NCBI GenBank assembly: GCA_964016885.1
Contig: OZ024741.1
Span: forward strand, 202,368,001-202,432,000
Source of the DNA: Eledone cirrhosa
Lineage: Eukaryota
DNA: 64,000 nucleotides
Reading direction: 5' to 3'
The notes beneath the pieces were generated by a model. The model made no database searches. It was not told the origin of the DNA and saw only the letters and a list, made by a program, of their open reading frames with translations. Below are positions 62,380-64,000 of this stretch, in pieces. A program made the translations under genes and the position numbers. How positions within the stretch are numbered: the first letter of the stretch is position 1; every line of letters starts with the position of its first letter.

Positions 62380-62800
62380 CTATAATTAAAGGCATTCCAA
62401 TCATGGCCATCCCATGAGTATGTCTTTGTGTTGTTGAAGGAGGAGATAAGATTGATATAACCCATTGGAGGATATTTTCAAGGTCTCTATTCATCGAGCC
62501 AGAGCAGATTTGGCATAAGGTGCTGAAATTACATGTGGAGTATGCTTGTATGCAGAAAGTTAGGAAGGAATGAAGGATGGTATCATTTGTATAGAAATAG
62601 ATGATTGTTGGAGATGATGACAAGTAGGTCATTGATGTATAGGAGGAAGAATATGAGAGACAGAGCCAAATATTCTGGCACTCCATAGTTGACAGAGTGA
62701 GGGTGAGAGAGCAGAAGCTATGATGATGTGATCTGACAGCAAGTTACAGATCCAAGAGATGAATAGAGCACATAAACATGCAGTTTTGCTAGATTTGTAT
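62380..62800 (-). mobile_element. Old Jockey/CR1-like LINE RT fragment
   Basis: Frameshifted FLLYINDLL...YTNDT (degenerate YADD)...SMNRDLENILQW. Confidence 0.6.
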
Positions 62801-63004
62801 GCCAGACATGTGACAACTTAAGTAGGTTGCATGATAAGGATTACTATATTAAGCGGCATGCCTGCTGAATAATTAATATGTATTTTATCAGCTTGCCATA
62901 TATCGTAAGGAGTTGTTTCTTCAGTATAGAATAGATATCAAAATGGAAAAATGAATGCATTCGAATTTTATGCCAAACATTTTGATATTGGTTAACAAAC
63001 TTAC

Positions 63005-63117
63005 CTGTGTAGGGTAATTTAAAACCTTAAAATAATTAAGGTACTTATCAAGTAATATTTCATCACTGGTCCATTTTCTATCCAGAAATATTAGCACCAA
63101 ACATTGCATAGCCCAAC
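63005..63117 (-). CDS. LCLAT1: Lysocardiolipin acyltransferase 1 exon (GWAMQCLVLIFLDRKW...YPTQ)
   Basis: tag acceptor and GTAAG donor on the - strand. Acyltransferase motif II (FxxR), matching LCLAT1 GWAMQ...IFIHRKW. Confidence 0.9.
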
Positions 63118-64000
63118 CTAAATAAAGAAAATTAGTAAATTAGCTAATTTTGATATTAAGACTTGTTTTAAAAAACAAGCAAAGTTATATTCAGTAATGT
63201 ATCCAAAACAATGATTATTTTCAAACACATTTTCAGAAAACCTTTTTTTCATTAAAAAACTTTTCTTTCTTCTGATCAAAGCCAATACTTCTTATTCCTG
63301 AGAGGGTAATGGAGACAAAGTCCTCAGATAAGCCTTCTAGAGGGTCCTATCAGAAGTAACTATTAGCAAATGATTTGGCTGGATCCCTGATTGAAACCAA
63401 TTGAAGTTATGGATGTTATCCAACCATATTGCTCACAAGCATACAATTGGCTTGACAAATGAAATAAAAAATCCTAAAACACAACAGGTTTACTCAGTAA
63501 ATAAATCAATAAGATCAATTATGTTCAGCTAGAGTGCAGAAAATAGAAAAAGACTGCTTCACCTTCATTCTGACAATCATACTATAAAGCAATACACATT
63601 GTTTAGAGTAAACATTGATTTTGAACATTGGCACAATTATATACTATCAGGTATATAGTCCAACACTATACTGTTTCTGCCATTTTACTGCACTTTTTGA
63701 TTAATATTACTTTCTTAATGATTAACTCTTAACATCCTATATTGCATGAAACTGCATTAACAAGACATTCTTAAAATGTACAAAACTGCACTATGGCTGC
63801 AGTGCATGAAAAATTATATCCTTTAATACTGCCAATGTTCACAATCTGATCACTAATAAAGAGGCTATATACATTTAAAATAACAAATCTGTTTTTAGAC
63901 ATTTTCTTCTAAATCATTGCAGGATGTTTGTTAAATGAAAATATATAAACTTGGAGACAAAATAATCTTGTTGTTATTTCTGAACAGCCACTTAATAAAC

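Overview
AT-rich animal genomic DNA. The SINE, RTE-tail and (TA)n repeat landscape suggests a coleoid cephalopod, probably an octopod (inference). Two spliced host genes face each other tail-to-tail, and both 5' ends lie outside the window. (1) A + strand IL-17-receptor-like gene has 7 phase-consistent exons, 2442..48171, encoding an ectodomain, one TM helix and a shortened SEFIR domain. (2) A - strand lysocardiolipin acyltransferase gene (LCLAT1) has its last 3 exons at 63117..57581. Introns and the intergenic gap are dominated by transposons. These include one full-length RTE LINE with an intact 1089-codon ORF (APE, RT and a PHD-type zinc finger inserted in the RT), about a dozen truncated or decayed RTE copies, and one intact Penelope-like element (RT + GIY-YIG) with direct and inverted pseudo-LTRs carrying hammerhead ribozymes. 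Also present are two decayed Penelope-like remnants with hammerhead motifs, a DD37D (maT) mariner-like transposon, Helitron-like and piggyBac-type non-autonomous elements, tRNA-derived SINEs, a 45-bp minisatellite and a long intronic hairpin. All calls were made by eye; no database searches or folding computations were run.
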